Source: Chiloscyllium plagiosum (Eukaryota). From it: a stretch of DNA of 64,000 nt. The stretch covers positions 1,409,212 through 1,473,211 of the forward strand of contig NC_057759.1 of NCBI RefSeq assembly GCF_004010195.1, read 5' to 3'. The translations under genes were made by a program, and so were the position numbers. Position 1 is the stretch's first letter. Each line of letters starts with the position of its first letter. Positions 52,770 to 64,000 of this stretch are shown piece by piece. Under the pieces are notes generated by a model. That model searched no databases. It saw only the letters and a program-made list of their open reading frames with translations, and was not told the DNA's origin.

Positions 52770-53191
52770 CGAGAACAGAGCAAATTGCATAGAAACCGAA
52801 ACACAACGAATGCTGGAGATCTGAGACAAAGCACAGGAAGTGACGGAGAAACTCAGTAAGTCTGGCAGCATCCTTGGACAAAGACACAGAGAGAAAAACA
52901 CTTAATGTTACAGGTTATAAACACTTAAAGTGCTGGAGAAACTCAGCAGATCTGGTATCATCTGTGGAGACAGAAACAGAATTAACGTCCGTGGTCCCAA
53001 CCTTCAGAATAGCCATGCTGCCAAATCATAAAAATAAGGGTACTGTATCTATTTTTACACATCACACTGTGATACATTTGCGAAATTTCTAGTGCACAAT
53101 CACAAAATTCCTGGGAAAACTGATGACAATGTTCTTTGAAGCAACATTGACATCTTTGCCTTTGAGCCATCTAACACAAGATGCATACATC

Positions 53192-53376
53192 GTGTGATTT
53201 GGAGACGTTGATGTTGGACGGGGGTGCACACAGTTAAAAATCATGCAACACCAGATTATAGACCAAAAGGTTTATTTGGAAGATTGGGCCGATGAAGGAG
53301 TAGCCTCCGAAAACCAGTGCTTCCAAATAAACCTGTTGGATTATAACCTGGATTTGTGTGATTTGTAACTTTGTAC
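53192..53376. mobile_element. Penelope-derived inverted-terminal fragment inserted into an Ig exon
   Basis: 53225-53282 and 53318-53376 are inverted copies; degenerate HHR ccgatga-aGGAG-tagc-CTCC-gaaa at about 53289-53313. Confidence 0.75.
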
Positions 53377-53593
53377 GTTTGTGTGAGGTCCATTTCGTGA
53401 AATACATTTTTGTTCACATTGATAATTTGCTCCATCTGAAAATCTCACCCTTGCTATCGTGTAGTCCAGTTCTTGTTCTTCTTCAATTAAGGAATTGTTT
53501 AGATACCAAAGGAAAGTGTAATCTCTTTCAGATCCCCAGGAGCATTTCAGAACAAAGGTTTCACTAAGCATCAGGGTTCTGTCACTTCCGATG
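53377..53593 (-). pseudogene. FcR-like Ig exon D2, 3' end interrupted
   Basis: ttttcttcttgcag acceptor; LSETFVLKCSWGSERDYTFLWYLNNSLIEEEQELDYTIARVRFSDGANYQCEQKC (C..W..DxxxYxC). Confidence 0.85.
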
Positions 53594-53949
53594 CTGCAAG
53601 AAGAAAACATAACTTGAAAGATTGCAGCATAAGGGTAGGGGAGTCTTAGTGCATTTGTATGATTTAATTGGAGGTAGTTGACATAACGTTCACCGGGATT
53701 ATCCTCGTGATTGAGGGGCCATCTTGTCAGCAAACACTACAGAAGTTGGGATTCTACTCACTAGAGTTTAGAAGAATGAGAGGTGATCTAATTGAAACAT
53801 GTTAGGACTTGACAGAGTCAATGCTAAGAGGTCAAATCCAACCATGGCGGGGGGTGGAGTTTGAGATCAGTGAACATACAGCCCCAAAACACCTAAAAAT
53901 GTAATGGGATGGAATGTCAAGGCAACAAGTTAATCATCCATTTTAACAA

Positions 53950-54830
53950 AATGCAAACGATAATACAGAAGGTATGAAGACTGGCCAGGTGGTTGACCGT
54001 GAGTGGGAAGGTGTTAGGTTAGAGGTGAATCGGTCAGATGGGCACATCAGTGACACATGGAGTTGAAATCTGGTTAATGGGAGCTGATCCATTTTGGAAA
54101 AAGGGTGTACTCACTGAATGGAAGGTCATTAGGAAGCTCATGAGCAAAAGAGAGATCTTGGGGTGTTTGTCCCTGGATCGCTGAAGGTTTCAGGACAGAT
54201 TGATAGGGCAGTTAAGAAGGCATTAGGGACACTTGTCTTTATCAGTGAATGTGGAGGTTATAGAAGTGGTGAGGTAATGGTGGAGCAAGACAGGACTTTT
54301 TTCAGGACACAGCTGGAGCACTGTGTGCAGTTACATTCTTCGCTCTATAGGAAGGATGTGATTATACTAAAGGGAATGCAGAGAGGATTCACCAGGCTGC
54401 TGTCTCGGTTAGCGCATTTCAGCGATGAAGAGAGGCTGCATAGGCTCAGGTTGTTTACTTAGGAGCAGAGAAGCCTGAGGAGCAATCTGATAAAAATGTG
54501 TAAGAATAAGAAGGACATGTATAGGAAGCATCTGTTTCCTTTAGTCGCAGGGTCAGTAATAAGGAGGAGAGGCATTATCTTTAAGTTAAAGGCAGGAGGT
54601 TCAGGGAGGGATTTGAGGATAGTTTCATCCAGAGCGTGAGAGGGTTTGGAATGCACTACCAGTGAGGATATTGGAGGCGGGATACTGCCTAACCATTAAA
54701 ATGTACGCAGGCACCCATTTGTAAAGTCATAACATTCAAGGCTGTGAGCTTAGTGCAGGAAAGTGTGAGTAGTATAGGCAGATCAATGCAGAGACGATGG
54801 GCTGAAGGATCCCTTCTGTACTTTACGTGG
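53950..54830 (+). mobile_element. CR1 3' fragment
   Basis: AVKKALGTLVFI...QLEHCVQL...QRGFTRLL. Confidence 0.85.
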
Positions 54831-54999
54831 CTTTAGTGAGTGACTCGATGATTCACTCACTAAAGCAAATAAAGCAAATTAACTTGGAAGTGAAAAGGGT
54901 TGATTGATTCAGTTCAATAGGAATTTCCTCTCTGTATTGTAACTGGGAACCATGAGTAAACCGTGGGAGATGGTGAAACTGGTTTGATACTGCTTCCAT

Positions 55000-55830
55000 A
55001 ATCAGCTGGGCCCTCAGCAATGTTTAGGATGCGACAGAGTGTACAATGCAGCCCTATAAATGACACAACGTGACACAGTGTAACATGGAAAGGACATGCT
55101 CCAATGCAGGATGAGGCCCAGTGAAGGGTGAGGGACAGGGTACGTTGAGGCCCAGTGTAGGGTGAGGTACAGTATAGGATGTGCTCCAGTGTATGATGAA
55201 ACATAGTTTCTTATGACACTCAGTTTGCACTGTGGAACACTGTAGGATCTCTCCTGATTTGGCATGTGGACCAGTGTAGGATGTTTCCCAGCGTAGAAAA
55301 TTGTCCAGTTTTGGATGAGGGCCAATTTAGGACATGACCCAGTTTATAATGCGGCCCAGTTGAGGATGAGGCCTAGTTTGAATATTTCAAAGTTTAGATT
55401 ATATCACAGTTTAGAATCAGTTTAGGGTGAGGCCTAATTTATAAGAAGGCCCAGTTTATGATGAGACCCAGTTCAGGATGTGGACAGTTTAGGACGAGGA
55501 ACAGTTTTAGATGTAGCAACGTTTACTATTCGTCCCAGTTTAGGGTGGATTCCACTCTAGGACGTCGTCCAGTTTAGGATAAGGGCCAGTTTGGGATGAG
55601 GTCAAGTTTAGGATGTGGCACAATTTAGGGATGTAGCCCAGTGCAGGATGTGGCCCAGTTTGGGGTGTGTTTCAGTTTGGGATGTAGCCCAGTTTCAAAA
55701 GTGGCCAATTTGGATTGTGGAAAGCTTAATGGTGAATCCTAACTTTGGATGGGACCCAATTTAGTGTGAGGCCCAGTTTAGGATCAGGCCCAGTTTGCGA
55801 TGGGGTTCAGTTTACAATGGGGCCCAGCAA
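55000..55830. repeat. Degenerate 17-bp minisatellite
   Basis: Unit approx. CCCAGTTTAGGATGAGG, e.g. cccaatttagtgtgagg cccagtttaggatcagg at 55755-55788. Confidence 0.85.
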
Positions 55831-56145
55831 TTGGTAAAACCTCTGAGGAACAGCTTGGTTCCAAAACCAGTCTCCAGATCAGTCATGTATCTGAAGGAAG
55901 GGCAGAGCAGGGTCGAATGGCCGAACGGCCAATCTGTTTTGATTTCTTCTGGTCCTGACGGTCAACATTAAATTCGGGGAGCACGAGAATTCACTCCCTT
56001 GGGAAGAGGGATGGAAAGCCTCCATGTATCGCCTTGGGACTCAATAAATGGAACAGCATGCAGAACGATACATTCTCGGTTCTCTCTACAAAAAGGAGTG
56101 TTGTTCGACACAGAGTTCATGCATCAACACTCAATGTTTACATAG

Positions 56146-56388
56146 CAATAGTCACCACTTGCAAAGGTTCACTGTGTGAAAGTATGTTCCCAATTTGACA
56201 CTGGTAAGAGCCTCCATTTTTATTGTCAGCGCTTCTTCAAAAGTAGTTAACATCAACCTTGTAATAGTTATTCTTGTATCAGCCAACCTTGAGAAATCTG
56301 CTGTTGTACCGACACTTCAGAGTGAATTGCACCTTTTTTTGGATGACACCATCCCTGGGATTAGATATGAGAATCTCTGGGGATTGGC
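56146..56388 (-). pseudogene. FcR-like Ig exon D1
   Basis: tttttctacag acceptor, 243 bp, phase 1: QSPEILISNPRDGVIQKKVQFTLKCRYNSRFLKVG*YKNNYYKVDVNYF*RSADNKNGGSYQCQIGNILSHSEPLQVVTI; stops at 56279-81 (core Trp) and 56237-39; donor reads CT. Confidence 0.85.
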
Positions 56389-56479
56389 CTGTAGAAAAAC
56401 AATATCAGTATTTCTAATAAGTAAAACTTCTGGCAAAATCTTTCACTCTTCACCGCAGTGCATGAATTTGCTGTTTCTG

Positions 56480-57030
56480 CCCAATGCAAAAACTGCTCTT
56501 GGCAAATTAATCAGTTTTTCCTCTCGCCAACGACTGTCCACCATCGACAAGGCACAAGTCAGGAGTGTGAGAGAATACTCCTCATTTGTCTGGATGGGTG
56601 CAGCTGCAATGAGATTCGAGAAGCCTTCCAGGGATTGAAACTACATTCACAAAACTCTACTCCCTTACCATCAATGATCGTTAGCAGCAGTGTCACCATC
56701 TACAAGATGCTTTGCAGAATTTCACAAAAGATCCTCAGGCAGCACCTTCCAAACCTACAACCACTTCCATCTGTTAGGGCACGGTAGGCAAATATATGGG
56801 AACACCACCCACTGCAAGTTCCCCTCCAAACCACTAACCATCCTGACTTGCAAGATATCGGCCATTCCTTCAATGTTACGAATGCTAAAGGGCATTGTGA
56901 GTATACCTATAGCATGTGGACTGCAGTGATTCATGAAGGCAGCTCAACATCACATTTGCAAGGCGGCAACGGGAACAATAAATGATAGGCCAGCCAATGA
57001 CGCCCATGTCCAACAGGCAGAAATGAACTT
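56480..57030 (+). mobile_element. CR1/L2-group LINE 3' end
   Basis: KAQVRSVREYSSFVWMGAA and IYKMLCRIS..LRQHLPN. Confidence 0.75.
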
Positions 57031-57039
57031 TAATGGGTG

Positions 57040-57800
57040 TCTATCTCCACAAGAACTGTACAGGGGTCAATCTTACAGATGCGGTCATGGGCAGATGCAT
57101 CTGCAGCTGGCAGGTTGGTAAGGATGATGTCGTATCATCAAGAGGTTTTCCCTCTTGTTGGTGCTAACTCCATATGTACAGGCCCACGCTAACAGCAATG
57201 TCGTTTAGGGCCCGACCAACTCGATTAGGAGGGCTGCCGCTGAGCCACTCTTGGTGGTGGACAATGAAATTCCCCACCCAGATTAGATCTTGTGCCTTGG
57301 CCATCCTCAGTTCTCCCCCAAAGTGTTGTTTGAAATGGAGGATTAGCGATCTATCAGCTGAGGAGGGATGGTATGTGGTAATCAGCAGGAGGTTTCCTTG
57401 CCCATGTTTAACCTGAAGCCATAAGACCGCAAAGCTGTCTGGAGATAATGTTAAAGTCTCGCAGGGTAACTCCCTCTGGAGTGTATCCCACTGTACAACC
57501 ACCTCTGCTGTTTCTGTCCTGCTGTGTAACAAGACATATCCAGCGATGGTGTTGATGGTGTCTGGGACATTGTCTGTGCGCATGATTCAGTGACTATGAT
57601 GATGACCTCCCAATTTTGGCACTAGCTCCCAGATGTTAGTGAAGAGGTATTTTCAGTGTTGACAGGGCTGTTTCCGCAATTGTCTTTTTTGGTTCCTTCG
57701 TTGATACCAGGTGATCCATCCAGTTTCGTTTCTTTGTTGAGATTTCATAGCAATAGAAACAACTGACTGACTTGCTCGGCCATTTCAATGGACAGTTAAG
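57040..57800 (-). mobile_element. LINE AP-endonuclease fragment
   Basis: QVKHGQGNLLLITTYHP...WVGNFIVHHQEWL. Confidence 0.8.
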
Positions 57801-59199
57801 TGTCAACCGTGATACAGGGTCACTGGACTCGACATGTTAACGCAGTTCCTCTCTTCCATAGATGCTGCTAGACTGGTTGAATTTCTCCAATAATTTATGT
57901 GCTTATAACCAGCAATGTTAACTCTGTCCATCACTCTCGCTCTCGCTCTCTCCCTCTCCCTACCCCCCTACCCCCCACCACCATCTTCCTCCGCAGACCG
58001 ACTAAGATGTTGAATTTTTGCATTCTTGTTTTCCTGTCCTGATTGGTATGAGACGAGAAACCTCTAACACAGTCAGTTTATTTTTCGGATGCAGCACTGC
58101 CAAATGAATATCGGCAAAGGTTCCCCACTTCTCAAAGTGGCCGGGATCGCATCAGGGCAGGGCGGGGGTGTCAACAACAATGACATCCACGTTCACGATA
58201 ATGGCTGGTACACATTACAGTTTTCTATGGATTTTGAACGTTTAAAAAGTAACATGTCATTGAAAAATTGGTGTCACTTACAGGTCACAGTAATTTCACC
58301 ACAGTTTTACCAGACCTTTAGGCTGCTCTCGCTTTACAGAGAAATGATTAGGGGGTCGTTTAACCTGAGGGTCACCACTCCTCAGGCGATGGGAGAAGTT
58401 GAGAAGGAGAGTCCTTCAAGGTGACCTCAGCTGGTGTGGGAACTGAAACTAGTGTCTTACAAAGCAGATATCCAAGCTACACCACCCCATCACAACCCTC
58501 CATCTGAGGCAAGAATGAGAGCCTACTTGGAGCAGGGGTAATTATGATTCAAATTGCCTTAACGTACACCCCAACCCAACATCATTGAAGTCAAAGACAC
58601 TGATTGTTTCCAAAGATTTATCTTAGGAAGAGTGATTGTGCAGTTTAGACCAATACTCTCTGAAGTTTAGAAGGATGAGAAATCATCTAACTCAGGGATA
58701 TAGGACGCTAAAGGGGGAATTGACAACGGAAACAGAGAAAGGTTGTTGACTCATGTGGGACAATCTAAAACCAGAGGTGATCGTTTCAGGATCGGGCGTA
58801 GGACAGAGTGAGAACAGAGATGGGGAGGAATGGATTCTCTCAAAGGCGGAGTGTGAATCTGTGGTAATATCACCACCCCCTTCCAAGAGTGTATGGGGGA
58901 TATTGGGATACTGACTAAATTGTAGGAGGAGAATGATTTTTAATCAGTGACAGGTTAAAGGAAGCGAGGGGAGGAAAGTGGAGTTGAGGTCGAGATGGGA
59001 TCATCTGCGATTGTATGGAATGAGAGAACAGTCTCCCAAGGGGCTTAATGCCTCCTGTTTCTAGCCTTTATGTATTTATGACGTACCTCGGAAAACAGCA
59101 GAGAATCTCCACACGGTGTGAGTACTGAGGGACAATGAAAGTAGCAAACACAATCAATCCTCAACACTGAGGATCCATTGGAACACACAATCCCAGCAG

Positions 59200-59465
59200 T
59201 GTAGAAGCAAGCCATTTGGGCCATCCCACACCAACCCGCTGAATTGCATCCTACACAGAACAAATTTCCTTCGCTATCCCTGTAACCCTGCATTTCCAAT
59301 GGCTAATCCACCTGACCTGCACATCTTTGGATTATGTGAGGAAACCCACTCAGGCACGGGGAAAATGTGCAAATTCCACACATCCCACACCCAAGGCTGG
59401 GATTGAACTTGGGTCCTTGGAGATGTGAAACAGCAGTGATAACGACTGAGCCAATGTGCCACCCT
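59200..59465 (-). mobile_element. HE1-type SINE
   Basis: Antisense HE1 body and head. Confidence 0.8.
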
Positions 59466-60501
59466 CAAATCTGACCTGTCTTTCAATGGCTGACCTGCGG
59501 CCTAACTCCATAGACTCGCCTTTAGCCCCATCCCGTTAATACCTTAGCAAACGCAATCTCTCTCAGTTTGAAAATTAAACATCTGATCCAGCCTCCACTA
59601 AGGTTTGTTGGCCAGAGTTCTAAACCTCTCCCTCTCTTTGTGTGTAAGTCATTCAACGTACCGTGTCCCTCCAAATGTGAAACCTTTCTTACTGTTAAAA
59701 GAAATGAGAGAGACGTCGCCGTCACGTCTACAAAAGTCCTCATTTTCAGTTGTAAACTCTGTGTGGTGATACCACACCGGTGCGATCTGAGACCAGAATG
59801 TCAGAATGGAGCCGGGGAGTACTTTACAATGGAGAATAGAAGAGGAAGTGGGAGAGTATAACCGAGATGTGATAGGGAAGGGTCCTGCTGACACTGCTTC
59901 TTTGACTGGAGATGTCTGTTCAATCTGCTCAGATGGATAGCTGAGGGCATCACACAATAGACACTTAGGGTCATCCAGCACAGAAACAGACCCTTCAGCC
60001 CAACTTGTCCATGCCAACCAGATTTCCCAAATTAAAGTAGCACGACTTGCCTGTAGTTTGGCCCTATCCCTCTAAATCTTTCCAATCCAAGTCCCTGTCC
60101 AAATATCTTTTAAATTTTAATTGTACCCGTCTCTACCACTTCCGCTGGCAGTTTGTTCCTTATACGTACCAACCTCTGTTTTAAAAAGTAACATCTCAGG
60201 GACCTTTTAACCCTTGGTCTTTTTACCGTAAACTGATGCCCTCTAGTTATTGACAAAGGTAATATAGAAATATGGGTGGCAGTACGTGATAAGGAATGTA
60301 CATTTTAATATGATAGACTCTGACAGGACAGAGGGGCCCTTTGAACCATCCAGACTGTACCTACCAACACTAAAGGATGTTGCCAATCACTGGGTAGTGG
60401 TAACCAGAACCAGGAGGGTCACAGTCTAAAGGAGACAGGGTAGCACTGAGATGTGGAGAAATGTCTTCACCAAGGAAGTTGAGAGCCTGTAGAATTCTCT
60501 G

Positions 60502-60728
60502 CCACGGTGACACAGTGGTTAGCGCTGCTGCCTCACAGCGCCAGAGACCCGGGTTCAATTCCCGCCTCAGGCGACTGACTGTGTGGAGTTTGCACGTTCT
60601 CCCCGTGTCTGCGTGGGTTTCCTCCGGGTGCTCCGGTTTCCTCCCACAGTCCAAAAATGTACAGGTCATCAGGTGAATTGACCATGCTAAATTGCCCGTA
60701 GTGTTAGGTCAGGGGTAAATGTAGGGGC
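60502..60728 (+). mobile_element. HE1-type SINE, well conserved, tail missing
   Basis: A box (ggtgacacagtgg), B box (gggttcaattccc), canonical body. Confidence 0.9.
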
Positions 60729-61011
60729 AATCTTTCTCTCCCTCAATTCTACACTCATCTCTCTCCTCCTCAATCCTGCCCCATCTCTCCCCCTCTCTAA
60801 ATCCTGCCCCTCTCTCTCTTTCCCTGTCCCTCAATCCAGACACTCTCTCTCTCTTTATATCTGTCTCACTCCACAATCCCCCTCAAAAACATTTTAACTG
60901 CAAGCTCCAACACACACACCAATTTGAATAATTTAACTCCTCCTGAAAGCATGACGCTCACAACTCATTAATCCTAGAGATAAACACACAATGTTTCATT
61001 TAGCTATAAAC

Positions 61012-61184
61012 CTGTAGCAACCACTTAGAGAAAACAAGCAGGCAAAATACCTTCCCATGCACGATCTAATGGAATCCAAACATAAAGTCAACCTGTCTCC
61101 CTCTCTCACTCTCTCTCTCTCTCCATCTATCTATCTATCTACCTAGGAAAGTAAGTACTTCAGGCAGGTGAATAATTTCTCCTT
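61012..61184 (-). pseudogene. Candidate split leader (61143-61184 and 12-bp mini-exon 61012-61023) of the FcR-like pseudogene
   Basis: ..EKLFTCL/VLTFL G|gtagat and ttttctctaag|TGGTTGCTACAG|gtttat splice to VLTFLVVATG-QSPE; ATG absent (AAG). Confidence 0.3.
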
Positions 61185-61394
61185 CTGCCTTTCTGAAAAA
61201 GGAAATGAATTCGTGTGTGGCTTCATTGAGCAGAGAATGAGGCCACTAGGTCCATCTACCAAGTGGTGGATACTTGTAATCAGTGAATATCTGTCTCCCT
61301 GAGTGAATTACGAACAGGTGTCTCCCCACCTCCCCCTTTTTCCCTAATTTTCTCCCTTTTACTGCAGTGAGTAAATGGAGCTCAGCAAACGTCG

Positions 61395-61905
61395 AGTCGT
61401 ACAGCACGGAAATAGGCTCTTCGGCTCTTTTCGTCCATGCTGACCAGGTTTCCCAAACTGAACTAGCCCCATTTGCCTGCGATTGGGCCCTATCCTGCTC
61501 AATCTGTCTAATCGAATCCAATACAACCCAGTACCAATATCTTTTAAATGTTGCAATTTTAGCTATCACTATCACTTTATCTGGCAGCTCATTCCAAAAA
61601 TGCATCATCATGTTTGAGAAAATGTTACCCCACAGATTCCTTTTAAATCTTTCCCAGCTCACCTTAACCCTGTGCCCTCTGGCTTTGGACTCCCCTCCCC
61701 TGGGGAAAATATTTTGGCTATTCACCCTATCGATGTCCCTCATGATCTTAGAAACATTTATACATTTAAAAGGTTACTCTTCAGCCTCCTATACTCCAGT
61801 GTTAGAAATTCCGACCCAATCCAGCCTCTACCTACAACTCAAATCATCTAGTCCTTGTCAATCTTTTCTGCACATTTTACAGTTTAATAACATCTTTCCT
61901 GTAGT
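61395..61905 (-). mobile_element. CR1 3' fragment
   Basis: MRDIDRVNSQNIFPRGGESKARGHRVKV. Confidence 0.85.
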
Positions 61906-62779
61906 ATCTCAGGCATTGTTATTTCATTAATTGGAGGACTTCTCACCAGGATCAACCTCTCCAATTGATTCTTCAAAGAGAGTGAATTGCCCCCAGTTTT
62001 CCCTCCCCTTTCTCTCACATCAATAAGCCGTACAAACATGTCTGACGTGTGCACAATCTTTCCAATGGGTACATGACCGTGAAGGAATTGAGTGCCACAT
62101 CTCCCACCACAGGAACCAGGGAGACAATCTAAAGGGGGAGATCAGGATCTGGCTTCTGCCGATCAGTCTGCAGCTCTGAATCATCAGCTGTGGGGTTAAA
62201 GGGAAATTCTAGCGGCGTCTGTGGAATGACCTTGGGTTCGAGAGAACAGGAAGTGATATTAATCACGCAGAGACAAGTCTAATGGACTGCCTGCAACTGA
62301 TACACAAAGTAAAGGGAAGTAAGCCTCAGCAGTTGACACAGCGAGCTCCTTATCTGACAGAAACACTTGCCAACAAGGCAAGCGGATTGATGTGAGTCAA
62401 CGGACTCAAAATAAAATTCTCTCTCTCTGCACAAATGTTGCCAGATCTTTTATAAACTATGATATAACTCTGTTTTCTCTCTCCCTCCTTCTCTCCCCCT
62501 CTCTCCTCAGAGATGCCACCAGAGCTGCTGAGTTTCTCCAGTGCTCTCTGTGTTGGTTTCAGATCTCGAGAATCCGGCAATATGTTGCTTTTGGAACCTG
62601 AAAAAAAATGTGTATTCTTTGTATCTGACGACAATGGCCCCACTCCTGGTGAAAGTGTGTCCGCTGATGTTCAAGCAAAGAAGAAAGACACGGGTGACAC
62701 ATTTCAAAATAACTTTGCGTTTCTCTGGCAGAATGGAAACACAGGATTATGTAATTACACTTATGGGAATGGGGTCCAT

Positions 62780-63480
62780 GCAACTATAGGACTAGGAATA
62801 GGCCATTCAGCCCATCGAGTCTGTTCTGCCATTCAAAGAGATTGTGACTGATATGATCACCCTCAACTCCACTTCGCCACCTTTCTCCTATAACCCTCGA
62901 TTCCCTTTTTGATTAAAAACCTCTCTATCTCAGCTTTGAATATCCTGAAAGACCCAGCATTGACAGCCCTCTGTGGTAAAGAATTTCACAGATTCAATCC
63001 CTATAAACGAACAAATTCCTCTTTATCTCTGTCTTCAATGGGCGACCACTTCCTTATTCTTAGATGATATCGCTCTGGTCCCATGCTCACTCCCACTAGG
63101 GGAAACAACCTCTTTCCACATCTCCCCTGTCAAATCCCTCTAACAACTTTCAATAAGGTCACCTCTCATTCTTCTAAACTCCAATGAGGACAGGCCTAAT
63201 CTACCCAACCTCTCCTCGTCAGACAGTCCCTCCATACTCCGGAACAGCTGAGTGAAACTTCTCTGGACTGCCTCCAATGCCCAGGTCTATCTTTCAGATA
63301 GGAATCCCCAAAACTATTCACAGTCTCCTAGCTGTGGTCTGACTAGTGTCTTGTATAGTCTTTAAACAAAACGTCCGAATGTTTATCCACCATTCCCTTT
63401 GAAATAAAGACTGCTTGGCCTCCCTATGACCAGCTGAACAGTTGTGCTCTTGTTTGTTGTTCACTGACAATGTCTTCCCG
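62780..63480 (-). mobile_element. CR1 3' fragment
   Basis: Antisense CR1 3' UTR (ggccattcagcccatcgag...). Confidence 0.85.
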
Positions 63481-63509
63481 ATCCCTCTGATAAGGACATT
63501 CTCAATGGG

Positions 63510-63780
63510 AGTGTGTTCCATTCGGCCCAACATGGCCACACCGACCCTTCGAAGAGCTACCCACCCAGACCCATTCCCCTGCATTTACCCCTTCACCTAA
63601 CATCACGGGCAATTTAGCATGACCAATTCACCTAACCTGCACATCTTTGAACTGTGGGCGGAAACCAGTGCAAGCAGAGGAAACCCACGCAGACACGAGG
63701 AGAATATGCAAACTCCACACAGACAGTTATCCGAGGCGGGAATTGAACCTCGGTTCCTGGTGCTCTAAGGCTGCACTGCT
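63510..63780 (-). mobile_element. HE1-type SINE
   Basis: Antisense HE1 with CR1-like tail. Confidence 0.85.
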
Positions 63781-64000
63781 GACCTCTGTGTCACTGTGAA
63801 GCTGCTCCAGCCTCTGGAATGCAGCCAATACCTGGATCGTAAGAACTAGTCTTCTCAACTGCTTGAGGACCTCAAAGAATCTCCGTAACTTTGCAAAGTG
63901 CAGTTGGTGTTTTTGAAGGTGTTCCTCATGTACCACAACATCAGACAGCATTGCAGATTGTCACGGTATGATTTGGGATCTCCAGTGGGCAGATCTTATG

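Noticed and set aside
55000..55830. CRISPR array or interstitial telomere
   Set aside because: Contiguous degenerate units without unique spacers, in a vertebrate context; no tandem (TTAGGG)n.
56195..56638. 147-aa plus-strand ORF
   Set aside because: Chimera of the antisense Ig exon D1 and a LINE 3' fragment.
60502..60570. tRNA gene
   Set aside because: A/B boxes run into the HE1 SINE body; the same applies to the other SINE heads.
61367..61930. 187-aa ORF as a novel gene
   Set aside because: Antisense reading of a CR1 3' end; the same applies to 51813-52289.
63727..63951. Helical 74-aa minus-strand ORF
   Set aside because: No recognisable family; it runs into a SINE and sits at the window edge.

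Overview
Eukaryotic, repeat-dense vertebrate DNA, most likely from a shark. This is inferred from HE1-type tRNA SINEs, abundant CR1/HER1 LINEs, Penelope-like elements and a GPR139-like gene; the species cannot be determined. No intact protein-coding gene is supported. Most ORFs in the supplied track are sense or antisense readings of decayed transposons. Hand translation of the non-repeat islands shows a decayed immune-receptor locus. (i) A minus-strand Fc-receptor-like (FCRL/FcgammaR-type) pseudogene at about 43.8-61.2 kb has four Ig exons, a TM exon, tyrosine-motif cytoplasmic exons and a possible split leader. (ii) A paralogous plus-strand Ig pseudo-exon lies at 4862-5177, followed by weak exon-like islands and a possible degenerate TIR-domain exon at about 16.2 kb. 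(iii) A GPR139-like 7TM pseudogene at 44941-45836 lies antisense to, and possibly inside, the FcR-like locus. Mobile DNA includes a 3'-truncated CR1 with ORF1 and ORF2, two Rex1 copies, Penelope elements carrying degenerate hammerhead-ribozyme motifs, an ERV-like element with a tRNA-Ser PBS and a 404-bp internal tandem duplication, two Gypsy-type LTRs and three minisatellites. All family assignments come from motif recognition, not database searches. Repeat boundaries are approximate.
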